A stretch of DNA of 52,133 nt from Chloroflexota bacterium (GCA_005881235.1 VBEQ01000154.1:1-52133); one strand, 5' to 3'; shown: positions 16,238 through 26,634, counted from the stretch's first letter. A program made the numbers and translations. The notes: generated by a model not told the origin, from the letters alone.

Positions 16238-19200
16238 CGACCGGGACCAAGGCGTCCTGGTGCAGCCGGACCGACACCATGCGCGAGATCCCGTGCTCGC
16301 CGAGGGTCACGCCGTAGAGCACCTCAGCCTGCGCCATCGTGGAGTGGTTATGGGTGACGATCAGGAACTGCTGGTCCGCCGAAAGCCGCTTCAGCACCCG
16401 GTTGAAGCGAACCACGTTGGCGTCGTCGAGCGCCGCATCGACCTCGTCGAGCACGTAGAACGGGCTCGGGTTGACGGCCTGCAGCGCAAAGAGAAATGCG
16501 AGCGCCGTCAGTGCCCGCTCGCCGCCGGACAGCAGCGTCAGCGGCTGCAGCCGCTTGCCCGGTGTCTGCGCCAGGATCTCCACGCCCTCATCGAGCGGGT
16601 TGCCGTCCTCCTCCTGCGGCTCGACGCGTAACGTCGCGCGGCCGCCCTCGAACAGTTCGGCAAAGAATTCCTGGAAGTTGATGGCCACCGACTGGAAGAC
16701 CGTGCGGAAGCGGGTATCGATTTCGTCCTCGAGCCGTTGCCTGAGCTCGTTCAGTTGCGCCGACGCGGCTTCCAGATCGCCCAGCTGGGCGGCGAGGCTC
16801 TCGCAGCGGTCGCGCACCTGCGCATATTCTTCCGGCGCGAGCAGGTTGACCGCGCCCATTGCATCGAGGCGCCGCTGCAGGCGCGAGACCTCACGCTCCG
16901 TCTTTTGCCAGTCGACCTCCTCGATCGTTACGGTGTCATCTTCGATTTCCTGGCCGCCTTCGCGCAGCGCTTGCGTGCAGCGATCGACTTCGGCCTGCGC
17001 CGCCTCGCGGTCGGCGGCCGCGGCAGTCCAGGCGTCGTCCGCGTGGGCGAGCTCGACTTGCAGCGTGACATTGCGTTGTTCGTCCTCGCGGAGCTGCCCC
17101 TCCAAGGCGGTGAGCGTCTCTCCATCGGGAAGGTGGGCGGACTCGAGGGTACCGAGCTCCGCGCGCAGCCCCTCCGAGGTTTCGGTCCATTGCCGGCGTT
17201 CCTCATTGATGAGGGCCGGCTGCACCGCCAGCTCCGCCTCCGCCGCGCGACGCTGGGCGACCTCATCCCCGTGTGCTCGCAAGACCTGCTGGGCACGCTC
17301 CAGCTGGCGAACCAGGTCATCCGACCGCTGGCGCGCCAGCGCCGCGCGCAGTTCGGTTTCCTGCCGTCGCTCGACCAGCTCCGCGAGGCTGGACGCCGCT
17401 TCCTGGACCCGTGGTTCGAGTGCAGCCAGCTCCTGCTCGGCGACCAGCTCGGCATCGGCGAGCACGCGCTGGCGGTTCAGCGTTTCGGCCTGCAGTTGCT
17501 CGGCCTGGCCGAGCAGTCCGCCGATCCGGATCAGTTGCTGGCGCAGCTGCGCTTCTTGTGGGGCCTCACGCTGGACGGCCTCGGTCGCCGCCGCCAGCGC
17601 CCCCGCGGCCTGCGCTGCGGCCGTCCGCGCCACGTCAACCCGAGTGAGAATCACATGCCGCTTGGCGATGACATCGGCTCGCGCGATGGCGAGGCGCTCT
17701 ACCTCCTCGGCAGCGGTAAGGGCGGCCTGACGTTCGCGGTCGAGCGCCTCTTCCGCGTCCCGGATCCTGGCCTGGACCTCGAGCACCGGGTCCGCCGCTT
17801 TCCCACCGCGGTAGGAGACGGCGGTGATGATCTCCCCGGCCGCGGTGACCGCCCGCAGCTCCCCATGCTTCTCGACGATGCGAGCCGCTTCCGTCCGATC
17901 GGACACGAGCACGACGCCGTGGAGCAGGTGCGCGATGAGCCGCCGCACGTGGTCGGGCGCCTGCACCAGGTCGATGACCGACAGCAGCCCATCCGGCACC
18001 GGCGACGGCGCTCGGTCCTGTGGCGCATAGAGCAGCGTCTCGCGCGCATCCTCAGCGGCGGCCACCGCCGCGGCGGCACTGGCGATCCCATCGCGGCCGG
18101 TTGCCACCCACCCGTGCAGCCACCCCTCGAGTGCGGCCTCGACGGCGGCGCGATGGATGGGTTCGACCTCGATCAGCTCGAGCAGGCGTTCCCAGTTGCG
18201 ATCAACGCGCAGCGGCCCGCGACGCTGGGCGCCGTCCAGCAACGTCCGCAGTCCGACCAGCTCTGCCTCGAGCGCGCGCAGCGCCGCCTCGTGCTCCACG
18301 ATCCCCTTGCGGGCGGCGTCGAGGCAAGCGTCGGCCTCCGCCAGTCGCTGCTCGAGCATGCCCGACGCCTCGCTGGCGGCCTGGAACTCGCCGCTGGCCG
18401 CCTCGGCGGCGCGTGTCCGCCGATCGAACTCGTCGCCCAAGGCGCCGTGGCGCAACGACCACGACTCCAGTTGCGCGCGGGCCTGCTGCTGCTGCTCGGT
18501 CAGAAATTGACGGCGGCCCTCCAACTGGCGAAGCTCGGCCTCGATCGATGCGGTCTCTCGCTGTCCCTCGTGGCGTTGTTGCTGGCGAGCGAGACGGTCC
18601 GCCTCGAGCGTTGCCTGCCGCTCGCGAGCGCCACGCTCGGCATGCGCGGCTGCTTCGAGCGCGCTATTGGCCATCTCCAGATCCACGCGGGCACTCTCGG
18701 CCGCGCGAGCCAGCTCATCGACGACGCGGCTGCCGGCTCGCTCCGAGGCGTTGAGTCGTTGGAGTTCGCTCTGCAACGCTTCGAGCGCCTGAACGGCGGC
18801 GGCGTTGCGCTCCTGCGCGATACGCGCCTGGTGCTGGCTCTCGGCGAGTCGAAGGCGTACGTCCGCAACGGCTTCCTGGTGGCGCCAGCGTGCCTCGCGC
18901 GCGGCGAGTAATGCCGAGCGATGCTCGGCGTAGAGCGGTTCGAACTCGGCGACGGTCTGCGTCGCCGCGGTGCGCTTGTGGTCGGCCGTTTGCTGGCGGG
19001 CCACGGCCTTGCGCAGCTGCACCATCGCCTTACGCCAGCTGTCGCGGGCGAGGCTGCCCTGCAACGCCTTCAGCGCGTCCGCGACTTTCTTGTACTCCTC
19101 GGCCGAGGCCGCCTGCAGCCGCAGCTCCTCAGCGCGGGGACTGAGCTCGTTGAGAATGTCGCGCGCCCGACGCATGTCTCGATCCGCTTCGGCCAGCCGG

Positions 19201-19736
19201 TTGATGGCCTCCTGCCGCTGGTCGCGGAGCCGCCGCACGCCGGCTGCCTCCTCGATCAGCTCGCGGCGGAGCGCCGGCGCCGCCTGGATGACGAAGTCGA
19301 TGTCATTCTGCGCCGTCACGGCATAGCCGTCCTGCCGTAACCCGGTGCTGGCCAGCAGCGCGTCGATGTCCTTCAAGCGCGCGCGTGCCCCGTTGATCAG
19401 GTACTCACTCTCACCCGAGCGGTAGAGGCGGCGGGCCACCTCGATTTCATTGAACTCGACGTTGAGGCGCTGGTCGGCGTTGTCGATCGTCAGCATCACC
19501 TCGGCCATGCCGACGGCCGATTTGCCGGGACCGCCGGCATAGATGACGTCCTCCATCTTCTGACCGCGCAGCCCACGCGCGTTCCGCTCGCCGAGCGCCC
19601 AGCGGATGGCGTCGACGAGATTCGATTTGCCGCTGCCGTTGGGGCCGACGATGGCCGTGATGCCACGGCTGAAGGGCAGCTCGGTGCGGCGCGCAAAGGT
19701 CTTGAACCCCTGCAGCTGCAGCGACTTCAGATACAC
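16221..19736 (-). CDS. smc: Chromosome partition protein SMC
   Basis: 1171 aa. N-terminal Walker [35 protein letters not shown]. Long coiled coils flank a hinge. C-terminal [16 protein letters not shown] and [12 protein letters not shown]. Confidence 0.97.
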   Translation of the reverse strand: MYLKSLQLQGFKTFARRTELPFSRGITAIVGPNGSGKSNLVDAIRWALGERNARGLRGQKMEDVIYAGGPGKSAVGMAEVMLTIDNADQRLNVEFNEIEVARRLYRSGESEYLINGARARLKDIDALLASTGLRQDGYAVTAQNDIDFVIQAAPALRRELIEEAAGVRRLRDQRQEAINRLAEADRDMRRARDILNELSPRAEELRLQAASAEEYKKVADALKALQGSLARDSWRKAMVQLRKAVARQQTADHKRTAATQTVAEFEPLYAEHRSALLAAREARWRHQEAVADVRLRLAESQHQARIAQERNAAAVQALEALQSELQRLNASERAGSRVVDELARAAESARVDLEMANSALEAAAHAERGARERQATLEADRLARQQQRHEGQRETASIEAELRQLEGRRQFLTEQQQQARAQLESWSLRHGALGDEFDRRTRAAEAASGEFQAASEASGMLEQRLAEADACLDAARKGIVEHEAALRALEAELVGLRTLLDGAQRRGPLRVDRNWERLLELIEVEPIHRAAVEAALEGWLHGWVATGRDGIASAAAAVAAAEDARETLLYAPQDRAPSPVPDGLLSVIDLVQAPDHVRRLIAHLLHGVVLVSDRTEAARIVEKHGELRAVTAAGEIITAVSYRGGKAADPVLEVQARIRDAEEALDRERQAALTAAEEVERLAIARADVIAKRHVILTRVDVARTAAAQAAGALAAATEAVQREAPQEAQLRQQLIRIGGLLGQAEQLQAETLNRQRVLADAELVAEQELAALEPRVQEAASSLAELVERRQETELRAALARQRSDDLVRQLERAQQVLRAHGDEVAQRRAAEAELAVQPALINEERRQWTETSEGLRAELGTLESAHLPDGETLTALEGQLREDEQRNVTLQVELAHADDAWTAAAADREAAQAEVDRCTQALREGGQEIEDDTVTIEEVDWQKTEREVSRLQRRLDAMGAVNLLAPEEYAQVRDRCESLAAQLGDLEAASAQLNELRQRLEDEIDTRFRTVFQSVAINFQEFFAELFEGGRATLRVEPQEEDGNPLDEGVEILAQTPGKRLQPLTLLSGGERALTALAFLFALQAVNPSPFYVLDEVDAALDDANVVRFNRVLKRLSADQQFLIVTHNHSTMAQAEVLYGVTLGEHGISRMVSVRLHQDALVPVGERSA

Positions 19737-19832
19737 AGGCTATGCGGTGATAGGCATGGCTGGGCTTTCGCGCCCATCAGAAACGTATGCATGGACCACG
19801 GCGCGGGTCACGACGTGTATTAGAGCATGTCC

Positions 19833-19851
19833 CCGTTGCCGAAGGCAACGG
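19833..19851 (-). terminator. Hairpin after modC (8-bp stem, 3-nt loop, no U-tract)
   Basis: CCGTTGCC-GAA-GGCAACGG lies 5 nt beyond the modC stop codon. There is no following T/U run, so it could be a terminator or an RNA-stability element. Confidence 0.35.
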
Positions 19852-19855
19852 TGCG

Positions 19856-20908
19856 TTATGCCGGGTAGACGTTGACTTCGGTCGCTTTGACCGCGATCCA
19901 CACTCGATCCCCGCGGTCGAGCCCGAGCTCGCGCACCGCGACGGGTGTCACCTCGGCAACGATCGAGGGCAAGCCCGAGAGCCGAACGCGGACGCGGTCA
20001 CCCTCCAGGTCGAGATCGGCCGCGCGACCCTCCCAGATATTGCGTGGCGTGCCGTCAGGCCGCGTGCGATACAGCGCCACCGTGCGCGGATGAACGACGG
20101 CAAAGACGTCGCCATCTGGTCCAGCTACCGCCGTCAGCGATCCGCCGCCGGCCAGTGTAATCAGGCCGTTGCTCGCTCGCCCGCGAAAGAGGTTGACGCC
20201 GACCAGGTCGGCGACGTAACGCGAGCGGGGATGCTGCGTGACCTCAGATGGTGAACCGGACTGCAGCACCCGGCCCTCCTCCAGGATGACGAGACGATCG
20301 GCCATCGCCATCGCTTCCAGCGGGTCGTGAGTCACCAATAGGCGAACGCCGCGAAAGGATTCGAGGTGGCGCCGCAAGTCGCGACGAAACTCGGCCCGTG
20401 TGCTGGCGTCCAGCGCCGCCATCGGTTCGTCGAGCAACAGGAGCGCCGGATTCAAGGCGAGCACGCGCGCCAGCGCGACGCGCTGTGCCTGTCCACCGGA
20501 TAGCGACGCGGGCCTCCTCTCTCCTTCCGCCGACAGGCCAACGCGATCCAACCAGCGGCCGGCCTCGCGGTTGGCCGGCGTGCGCGCCATTCCCCTCGCG
20601 CGCAGGCCAAAGGCGACGTTCTCGAGAACGGATAAATGCGGAAACAAGAGATAGTCCTGGAACACGAGGCCAATCGGACGTTGCTCGGTTGGCACCCGGA
20701 TCCCCTGCGCCGGATCCTCCAGCACGGCGCCATCCAGGGTGACGCGTCCGCCGCTCAACGGAAGAAGACCGGCCAAGGCTCGCAGCAGCGAGGTCTTCCC
20801 TGCCCCGTTTGGGCCCAGCACCGCGACCAGCTCTCCAGCAGACAAGCCGAGCTCCATGTCGAGCTCAAAATCGCCCACGCGGGCCAGGATCCGCGCCTCG
20901 AGCGTCAC
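19856..20908 (-). CDS. modC: Molybdate ABC transporter ATP-binding protein with C-terminal TOBE/Mop domain
   Basis: Walker [12 protein letters not shown], signature [13 protein letters not shown], Walker [13 protein letters not shown]. The C-terminal roughly 120 aa is TOBE-like. It lies in a modA-modB-modC order. Confidence 0.9.
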   Translation of the reverse strand: MTLEARILARVGDFELDMELGLSAGELVAVLGPNGAGKTSLLRALAGLLPLSGGRVTLDGAVLEDPAQGIRVPTEQRPIGLVFQDYLLFPHLSVLENVAFGLRARGMARTPANREAGRWLDRVGLSAEGERRPASLSGGQAQRVALARVLALNPALLLLDEPMAALDASTRAEFRRDLRRHLESFRGVRLLVTHDPLEAMAMADRLVILEEGRVLQSGSPSEVTQHPRSRYVADLVGVNLFRGRASNGLITLAGGGSLTAVAGPDGDVFAVVHPRTVALYRTRPDGTPRNIWEGRAADLDLEGDRVRVRLSGLPSIVAEVTPVAVRELGLDRGDRVWIAVKATEVNVYPA

Positions 20909-21717
20909 GACGCCCCCAGCCAGCGATCACGAAGTCCGATCAGCACCGCCAGCGAGACCGCGAGGAGGACGAGACTGAGGACGATGGCCGCATCCGGGTT
21001 GCTCTCGAGCGCCAGGTAGACCGCCAGCGGCATCGTCTGTGTCGTCCCCGGGAAATTCCCGGCAAAGGTGATCGTCGCCCCGAACTCGCCCAGCGCCCGC
21101 GCCCAGCACAGCACGGCGCCGGCGATCAGCGAAGGCCGCACCAGCGGGAGGGTGACCCTCCAAAGAACGGTCCACCGGCTGGCGCCGAGCGTTCGGGCTG
21201 CGTCCTCGAAGCGTGTGTCCATCGAGCGAAGCCCGGCCTCGACGGTGATCACCAGGAACGGCATGGCGACGAAGGTCTCCGCGATGATGGCCCCCGCCGT
21301 CGTGAAAGGTAGATGGATCCCGAGGGTTGTCGCCAGCCAGCCGCCGACGAGGCCTCGGCGGCCGAAAGCGAGCAGCAGGGCGACTCCCCCGACCACTGGG
21401 GGAAGCACCATGGGCAGCACGGTCAATGCCCGTAAGACCGAGCGCCCAGGAAAGGCGAGCCGCGCAAACGTCCAGGCCAGCGGCACACCGAGGACCAGCG
21501 CGATCGCCGTCGCCGAGACGGACGCCAGCAACGACAGGCGCAAGGCCGCAAGCACCTCGGCTGAGCCGAATTGTTGCCAGGCGGAGGTCCAGGGCGTGCG
21601 GAGCAGCAAGCCGAGCAGCGGGATGATGAAGAAGGCGGCACCGGCGCCCGCCAGGATGACGATCAGAAAGGGCGCCGAAGATTGCAGTCGACGACGACTA
21701 CGGGTTAGTAAAGCCAT
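20905..21717 (-). CDS. modB: Molybdate ABC transporter permease
   Basis: 270-aa polytopic protein with an EAA-type loop (FEDAARTLGASRWTVLWRVTLP). It is overlap-coupled with modA and modC. Confidence 0.88.
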   Translation of the reverse strand: MALLTRSRRRLQSSAPFLIVILAGAGAAFFIIPLLGLLLRTPWTSAWQQFGSAEVLAALRLSLLASVSATAIALVLGVPLAWTFARLAFPGRSVLRALTVLPMVLPPVVGGVALLLAFGRRGLVGGWLATTLGIHLPFTTAGAIIAETFVAMPFLVITVEAGLRSMDTRFEDAARTLGASRWTVLWRVTLPLVRPSLIAGAVLCWARALGEFGATITFAGNFPGTTQTMPLAVYLALESNPDAAIVLSLVLLAVSLAVLIGLRDRWLGAS

Positions 21718-22477
21718 AGCGGGCTAGGGTCTGCCGGCCGTCGGTGAGGATGTAGCTGACGAACGCCCTGGCCAGCGCCCTGTTCTGGGAATCCTTCAGG
21801 ATGACGATTGGATACTCCGCCACCACGTTGAGCGCCGGTGGAATGGCGACGCCCTCAACGGCATTGCCGGCGGACTTCACGTCCGTGACGTAGACGAGGC
21901 CAGCGTCCGCCTCGCCCAGCGCCACCTTGCTGAGCACGGACTTCACGTCAGCCTCCTGGCTCGCCGGCTTCACGCTCACCCCGGCCTTCTGCAGCGTTTG
22001 GGCCGCGTAGTGCCCGCACGGAACCGCCGGCGCGCAGAGCACGACCACCAGCCCTGAGCGAGCCAGGTCGGCAAGGGCTTCGACGTGTTTCGGATTTCCC
22101 TTCGCGACCACGATCTCGAGATCGTTACGCGCGATCACAATCGGCATTTGCGAGGTGAGCCCGGCTTGAATGACCTTTTGCATGTTGGGCTGGTCCGCCG
22201 AGGCGAAGACGTCGCCGAGCGCACCCTGTTGGATCTGTGCGGCAAGGGACGATGATCCGGCAAAGCTGAACTTCACGATGGTCCCCGGATGACGCTTTTC
22301 GAAATCGGCACCAATCCTCGTGAAGGCGGCGTTCAGGGACGAGGCGGCAAATACCGTGATGGTCCCGTTGAGCCCGGATTGGCTGGCGCTCACTGGTGCC
22401 ATGGGGCCGCACGCGCTGACAAGGCCCACGGCAATGGCCACGAGCAGTGCGGCGACGAGTCGCGCGCGCATCAGCAC
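21698..22477 (-). CDS. modA: Molybdate-binding periplasmic protein (lipoprotein-type signal)
   Basis: Signal peptide ending in the lipobox VGLVSAC. TVFAASSLNAAF...F.FAGSS.LA.QI.QGA..DVFASAD is the ModA pattern. Confidence 0.88.
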   Translation of the reverse strand: MLMRARLVAALLVAIAVGLVSACGPMAPVSASQSGLNGTITVFAASSLNAAFTRIGADFEKRHPGTIVKFSFAGSSSLAAQIQQGALGDVFASADQPNMQKVIQAGLTSQMPIVIARNDLEIVVAKGNPKHVEALADLARSGLVVVLCAPAVPCGHYAAQTLQKAGVSVKPASQEADVKSVLSKVALGEADAGLVYVTDVKSAGNAVEGVAIPPALNVVAEYPIVILKDSQNRALARAFVSYILTDGRQTLARYGFTNP

Positions 22478-22478
22478 A

Positions 22479-22877
22479 TCAGCGCGCAGCCAACTCGATG
22501 ATCACGTTTGTTGCCTTGACCACCGCGACCGCGCGCACGCCGGGGGCGAGGCCGAGCTCGTCGGCCGCCTCGCGGGAAATCAGCGACACAATCCGATGTG
22601 GGCCGGCTTGCATCTCGACCTGCGCCATAACGCGATCCTTGACGACGCGCGTCACGATGCCCGGAAAGTGATTGCGCGCCGACCGTCCGATCGTCGTCTC
22701 CGATTTGATGTCGGCGGGTGCCGTCGCCATGAAGCGAGCTAGCTGCCGGCTATCGACAACGCGCTGGCCTCCGGTGGTTCGGACCGTCGCCAGCTTGCCA
22801 CTGTCGGCCAGCCGACGGACGCTGTCAACGCTGACGCCGAGCAGCTCCGCGACCTCACCGATCTTGTACGAAGCCAT
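22479..22877 (-). CDS. HTH (excisionase/MerR-like) plus Mop/TOBE-domain regulator, probable molybdate-responsive regulator
   Basis: From the internal ATG 22877: MASYKIGEVAELLGVSVDSVRRLADSGKL (HTH), then SARNHFPGIVTRVVKDRVMAQVEMQAG...VKATNVII (Mop/TOBE). It is the first gene of the modABC cluster. Confidence 0.8.
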   Translation of the reverse strand: MASYKIGEVAELLGVSVDSVRRLADSGKLATVRTTGGQRVVDSRQLARFMATAPADIKSETTIGRSARNHFPGIVTRVVKDRVMAQVEMQAGPHRIVSLISREAADELGLAPGVRAVAVVKATNVIIELAAR

Positions 22878-22974
22878 GCCGTGGACTCTAGCATTTGCGG
22901 TGTTTTTGCGCACAAAACCTCCTAAACCAGCAGGTTCCCTCCTCGCTTAGGACGGCCGTGTAGATTGACCTGGG

Positions 22975-23334
22975 ATGATCCGGATCGGCTCGATCGTGCT
23001 GCGTGTCGACGACCTGCCGCGCCAGCGGGCGTTCTGGACGGCGGCGCTCGATTACGTGCCCCGCGAGGGCGACGGCGATGATTTCGCGCTGCTCCGGCCG
23101 AAGAATGGCGCTGGACCGAATCTCTCGCTCGATCGGGTCCACTCGACGGTGCAAGTGCCGCCCCGCATCCACCTGGATCTCTACGCCAAGGATCAGGCCC
23201 GCGAGGTCCAACGTCTGAAGGCGTTAGGGGCGACCGATGTCCACTGGAGCAAGCGGCCAGCGGACGCCGACTACGTCATCCTCGCCGACCCCGAAGGCAA
23301 TCGCTTCTGCGTCGTGGATGCGAGCGGGTCATGA
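22975..23334 (+). CDS. VOC/glyoxalase-family protein
   Basis: 119 aa: IGSIVLRVDDLPRQRAFWTAAL.Y...HLDL...VILADPEGNRFCVV is a typical single VOC module. Confidence 0.8.
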   Translation: MIRIGSIVLRVDDLPRQRAFWTAALDYVPREGDGDDFALLRPKNGAGPNLSLDRVHSTVQVPPRIHLDLYAKDQAREVQRLKALGATDVHWSKRPADADYVILADPEGNRFCVVDASGS

Positions 23335-23681
23335 AGACCGTCGACGATTACCTGGCCAAGGCACCGAAGGAGAAGCGCGCCGCACTCGCGAAGCTTCGCC
23401 AGACGATCAAGGCGGCGGCACCGACGGCGACCGAATCGGTCAGCTACGGAATCGTGGGTTACAAGCTCAAACGCAAGCCGGTTGCTTACTTCGGCTACTG
23501 GAAGGCCCACTATTCACTGTACGGACTGGGCAACCGCGTCACGAAGGCCCACGCCGAGGACCTCAAGGATTACCTCAGGAGCAAGGGCACGATTCAGTTA
23601 CCCGCCGAGAAGCCCCTTCCCTACCGGCTCATCACCAGGATGGTGAAAGCCCGCGTCGCCGAAATCGAAAAGGACGGCTAA
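23331..23681 (+). CDS. DUF1801/YdhG-like protein
   Basis: MKTVDDYLAKAPKEKRAALAKLRQTIKAAAPTATESVSYGIVGYKLKRKPVAYF is the characteristic DUF1801 opening. ATGA overlap with the VOC gene. Confidence 0.75.
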   Translation: MKTVDDYLAKAPKEKRAALAKLRQTIKAAAPTATESVSYGIVGYKLKRKPVAYFGYWKAHYSLYGLGNRVTKAHAEDLKDYLRSKGTIQLPAEKPLPYRLITRMVKARVAEIEKDG

Positions 23682-23694
23682 CCGCGCGAGCCCG

Positions 23695-24435
23695 TCAGTT
23701 GCCGGGCTGGTTGGCCGGTGCGCGGCGCGCCTCGTGCGCCACGGCCTCCAGCACCTCGTCCTGCGCCGGCGGATGATCGAGGGCGCCCAGCGCGGCGAGC
23801 GCCTCGCGCGCCGCCATCTGCTCGGCGTCGCGTTTGGTTCGCCCGCGGCCTTTTCCACTGACGCCGTCGCCGAAGCTGACCTCGGCGGTGTATTCACGCC
23901 GGTGCCCGGGGCCGGAGGCGCCGACAATGTCGTACTGCGGGGTCGACAGGAAGCGCTCCTGCGTCACCTCCTGGAGACGGCCTTTGTAGTTGTCGTCCGG
24001 CCATGCCTGCACGTCGATCAGGCTGCGGCTGAACAGTTTGTAGGCGGCTCGGTAACCCTGGTCGAGGAAGATGGCGCCAATCACCGCTTCGAAGGTATTG
24101 GCCAGGATCGATTGCAGCGAGCGTGCACCGGTTTTGTGCGCGCCTTTGCCCAGCAGCAAGTAGTCGCCCAAACTCAGGCGCGAGGCCAGGCGGGCGAGGC
24201 TCTTGGTATTCACCACCGAAGCTCGCAGCCGGGTCAGCTCACCCTCATCGGAGGTGAGGTAGGTGTGATACAGGTGCTCGGCCGCGATCAGTTCGAGCAC
24301 GGCGTCGCCCAGGTACTCCAGCCGCTCGTTGTCGGCGGAGCCACTCTCCGGGTGCTCGTTGTTGTAGGAGCGATGCGTCAGAGCCTGGCGAAGCAGGGCA
24401 GGCTCGTGAAAGCGGACCCGAAGGGTCCGCTGCAG
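23695..24435 (-). CDS. rnc: Ribonuclease III
   Basis: Catalytic signature NERLEYLGDAVLELIAAEHLY plus a C-terminal dsRBD (GPGHRREYTAEVSF...GRGRTKRDAEQMAAREAL). The first canonical start (GTG 24300) lies inside the signature. The open frame continues upstream, and CTG 24435 is the provisional start (see findings). Confidence 0.88.
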   Translation of the reverse strand: MQRTLRVRFHEPALLRQALTHRSYNNEHPESGSADNERLEYLGDAVLELIAAEHLYHTYLTSDEGELTRLRASVVNTKSLARLASRLSLGDYLLLGKGAHKTGARSLQSILANTFEAVIGAIFLDQGYRAAYKLFSRSLIDVQAWPDDNYKGRLQEVTQERFLSTPQYDIVGASGPGHRREYTAEVSFGDGVSGKGRGRTKRDAEQMAAREALAALGALDHPPAQDEVLEAVAHEARRAPANQPGN

Positions 24436-24472
24436 TTTCTGTAAGGGCTCGTCCGGCTGAGCGAGCTTCGGC

Positions 24473-24721
24473 TCAGGTGGTAATGCCGAGCTTCTCCTGG
24501 ACGTAGTCCCAGGCGGCTCCGACGGTTTGAATCTTTTCCGCGTCTTCGTCAGGTATCTCCATCACGTATTCTTCCTCGAACGCCATGATCAGCTCGACCA
24601 GGTCGAGGGAATCGGCGTTGAGGTCGTCGACAAACGAGGCGTCGGGTGTGACTTGCTCGGGCTCCACTCCGAGCTGCTCGGCGATGATGCCCTTGAACTT
24701 CTCGTAACTGTTCCCGTCCAT
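24473..24721 (-). CDS. acpP: Acyl carrier protein
   Basis: 82 aa with the phosphopantetheine site [20 protein letters not shown]. Confidence 0.95.
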   Translation of the reverse strand: MDGNSYEKFKGIIAEQLGVEPEQVTPDASFVDDLNADSLDLVELIMAFEEEYVMEIPDEDAEKIQTVGAAWDYVQEKLGITT

Positions 24722-24783
24722 CCGAATCCCCTTTTGGCAGTGCGAGTGCGGTCAAATTCTAGACGAAGCGCGGGCCCATCGTC

Positions 24784-25533
24784 CTAGATTGGCAGACCGC
24801 CGTCAATGCCTAAAACCTGGCCGGTGATATAGCCGGCTGCCCGCGAGGCGAGGAAGACGATGGCCGGGGCGACGTCATCCGGCGTCCCGATCCGCGGGAT
24901 GGCCGCGGCCTGCCGGGCGCGCTCCAGGAGGTCGGCCGGCAAGCTGCTGGTGAGTTCGGTCGTGATGAAGCCCGGGGCGACCGCGTTGACCGTGATGTTG
25001 CGGGAGCCGACCTCCTTGGCCAACGCCTTGGTCAGACCGATCAATCCCGCCTTGGAGGCGCTGTAGTTGGCCTGCCCGGCATTCCCTGAGACACCGGCAA
25101 GCGACGACACGTTGACGATCCGGCCGTAACGCTGCTTGAGCATGGGCCGGAGCGCCGCCTTGCTCGCAAGAAAGGCGGCTTTCAGATTGGTCTGGATGAC
25201 GATATCCCAGTCGGCCTCACTCATCCGCATCACCAGCGTGTCCCGGGTGAGCCCGGCGTTGTTGACCAACACGTCCAGCCGGCCCCACTGTTTGACGACC
25301 GCCTCGACGGCGACGCCGGGGGCGGCGCTGTCGGCGAAGTCGGCCTGTACCGCCATGGCCTTAAGCCCTGCGTGGGAGAGTTGCTCGACCAGGGAGTCGG
25401 CCTCGGCCTTGCGGCTCTTGTAGCTGATCGCCACCTTTGCCCCGGCCTCGCCAAACAACAGCGCCGTGGCACGACCGATGCCGCGGCTGCCTCCGGTCAC
25501 GAGGACGACCTGCTCGGAAAAGCCGTCAGGCAT
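24784..25533 (-). CDS. fabG: 3-oxoacyl-ACP reductase
   Basis: SDR motifs VTGGSRGIGRA, NNAG and the catalytic YSASKAG. It lies between fabD and acpP. Confidence 0.93.
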   Translation of the reverse strand: MPDGFSEQVVLVTGGSRGIGRATALLFGEAGAKVAISYKSRKAEADSLVEQLSHAGLKAMAVQADFADSAAPGVAVEAVVKQWGRLDVLVNNAGLTRDTLVMRMSEADWDIVIQTNLKAAFLASKAALRPMLKQRYGRIVNVSSLAGVSGNAGQANYSASKAGLIGLTKALAKEVGSRNITVNAVAPGFITTELTSSLPADLLERARQAAAIPRIGTPDDVAPAIVFLASRAAGYITGQVLGIDGGLPI

Positions 25534-26449
25534 GATTGGTCTCGAGCAGGGTGTTCATGCTGGTCAGGTCCTCGACATTGTGGACCACCGCGCCGGGGAG
25601 AATCTTCTTGACCAGCCCGGTGAGCGTCCGCCGCGGACCAACCTCAATGTAGGTGTCCGCGCCCAGCTGCTGCAAGCGCTGGATCGACTGCGTCCAGCGC
25701 ACCGGGCCGGTCAGCTGGCCAACCATGAGGCGGCGGACCTCCAGCGGATCCTGATGAACGCGAGCATCGGCATTGAAGACCTGGGGGCGGCGCAAGACGC
25801 CAAGCGGAAGCTTCTCCCAGGCGGTGGCGAACACCCGGGCGGCGCGCGCCATCAGCGGCGAATGGAATGCCCCGCTGACGGGCAGCCGAACCAGGCGCTT
25901 TGCCCCCGCCGCCGCCAGCCGCGGGCTGACCGCGGTTAAGCCGGCCTCGCTTCCCGAGATCACCACCTGGCCCGGCGCATTGTAGTTGGCGACGACCACC
26001 TCTCCCCCGCTGTCCGCACACGCCTGTTCGATGGCGTCGTCCGGGAGACCGAGCACCGCGATCATGCCGCTCGCCATGGGAGCAGCGGCGGACATGGCGG
26101 CGCCGCGGGCGCGAACGGCCGCGAGCGCATCCAGGGGATCGAGTGCCTCGGCCGCCACCAGCCCCGCGAACTCGCCCATGCTGTGCCCCGCCACCAACGA
26201 CGGGAGAAAGCCGCGGGCGGTCATCAGTCGAAGCAGGGCCACGCTGTGAAAGAGGATGGCTGCCTGGGCATTTTCGGTCGCCTGCAGCTCAGCCTCGGGC
26301 CCGTCCAACATCAAGCGCTTCAACGGCATCTTGAGACGATCTTCAGCCTGGCGAAGAAGATCCTGCGACCCCTGGTCCCGCTCCAGCAGGTCGCGGGCCA
26401 TCCCGACGAATTGGGCGCCCTGGCCTGGAAACAGGAAGGCGACGGTGAT
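25526..26449 (-). CDS. fabD: Malonyl-CoA:ACP transacylase
   Basis: GHSMGEFAGLVAA active-site elbow. The conserved opening AFLFPGQGAQFVGM lies upstream of the first canonical start (ATG 26401). The provisional start is ATC 26449 (see findings). Confidence 0.88.
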   Translation of the reverse strand: MTVAFLFPGQGAQFVGMARDLLERDQGSQDLLRQAEDRLKMPLKRLMLDGPEAELQATENAQAAILFHSVALLRLMTARGFLPSLVAGHSMGEFAGLVAAEALDPLDALAAVRARGAAMSAAAPMASGMIAVLGLPDDAIEQACADSGGEVVVANYNAPGQVVISGSEAGLTAVSPRLAAAGAKRLVRLPVSGAFHSPLMARAARVFATAWEKLPLGVLRRPQVFNADARVHQDPLEVRRLMVGQLTGPVRWTQSIQRLQQLGADTYIEVGPRRTLTGLVKKILPGAVVHNVEDLTSMNTLLETNHA

Positions 26450-26457
26450 CGGTAAAC

Positions 26458-26634
26458 CTAGGCGGTCTTGATGACTTCGCGCCCGTCGTAGTAGCCGCAG
26501 TTACGGCAGATCGCGTGCGGCCGCTTCGGCTGGTGGCACTGCGAACACTCGACGAGCTGGATACGCTTTATGGCCAGGTGGGCACGCCGTTCGCCCTGGC
26601 GGGCATGGGCGTATCGGGTCTTTGGAAGAGCCAT
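26458..26634 (-). CDS. rpmF: 50S ribosomal protein L32
   Basis: Own translation (58 aa, below the ORF-track cutoff): MALPKTRYAHARQGERRAHLAIKRIQLVECSQCHQPKRPHAICRNCGYYDGREVIKTA. It carries the CxxC...CxxC zinc-ribbon form of L32. Confidence 0.9.
   Translation of the reverse strand: MALPKTRYAHARQGERRAHLAIKRIQLVECSQCHQPKRPHAICRNCGYYDGREVIKTA

Noticed and set aside
16737-18911. 724-aa plus-strand ORF (and several 100-400 aa ORFs) across smc.
   Set aside because: It is antisense to the SMC gene, whose Walker A, signature and Walker B motifs are unambiguous. There are no recognisable motifs in the plus-strand translation.
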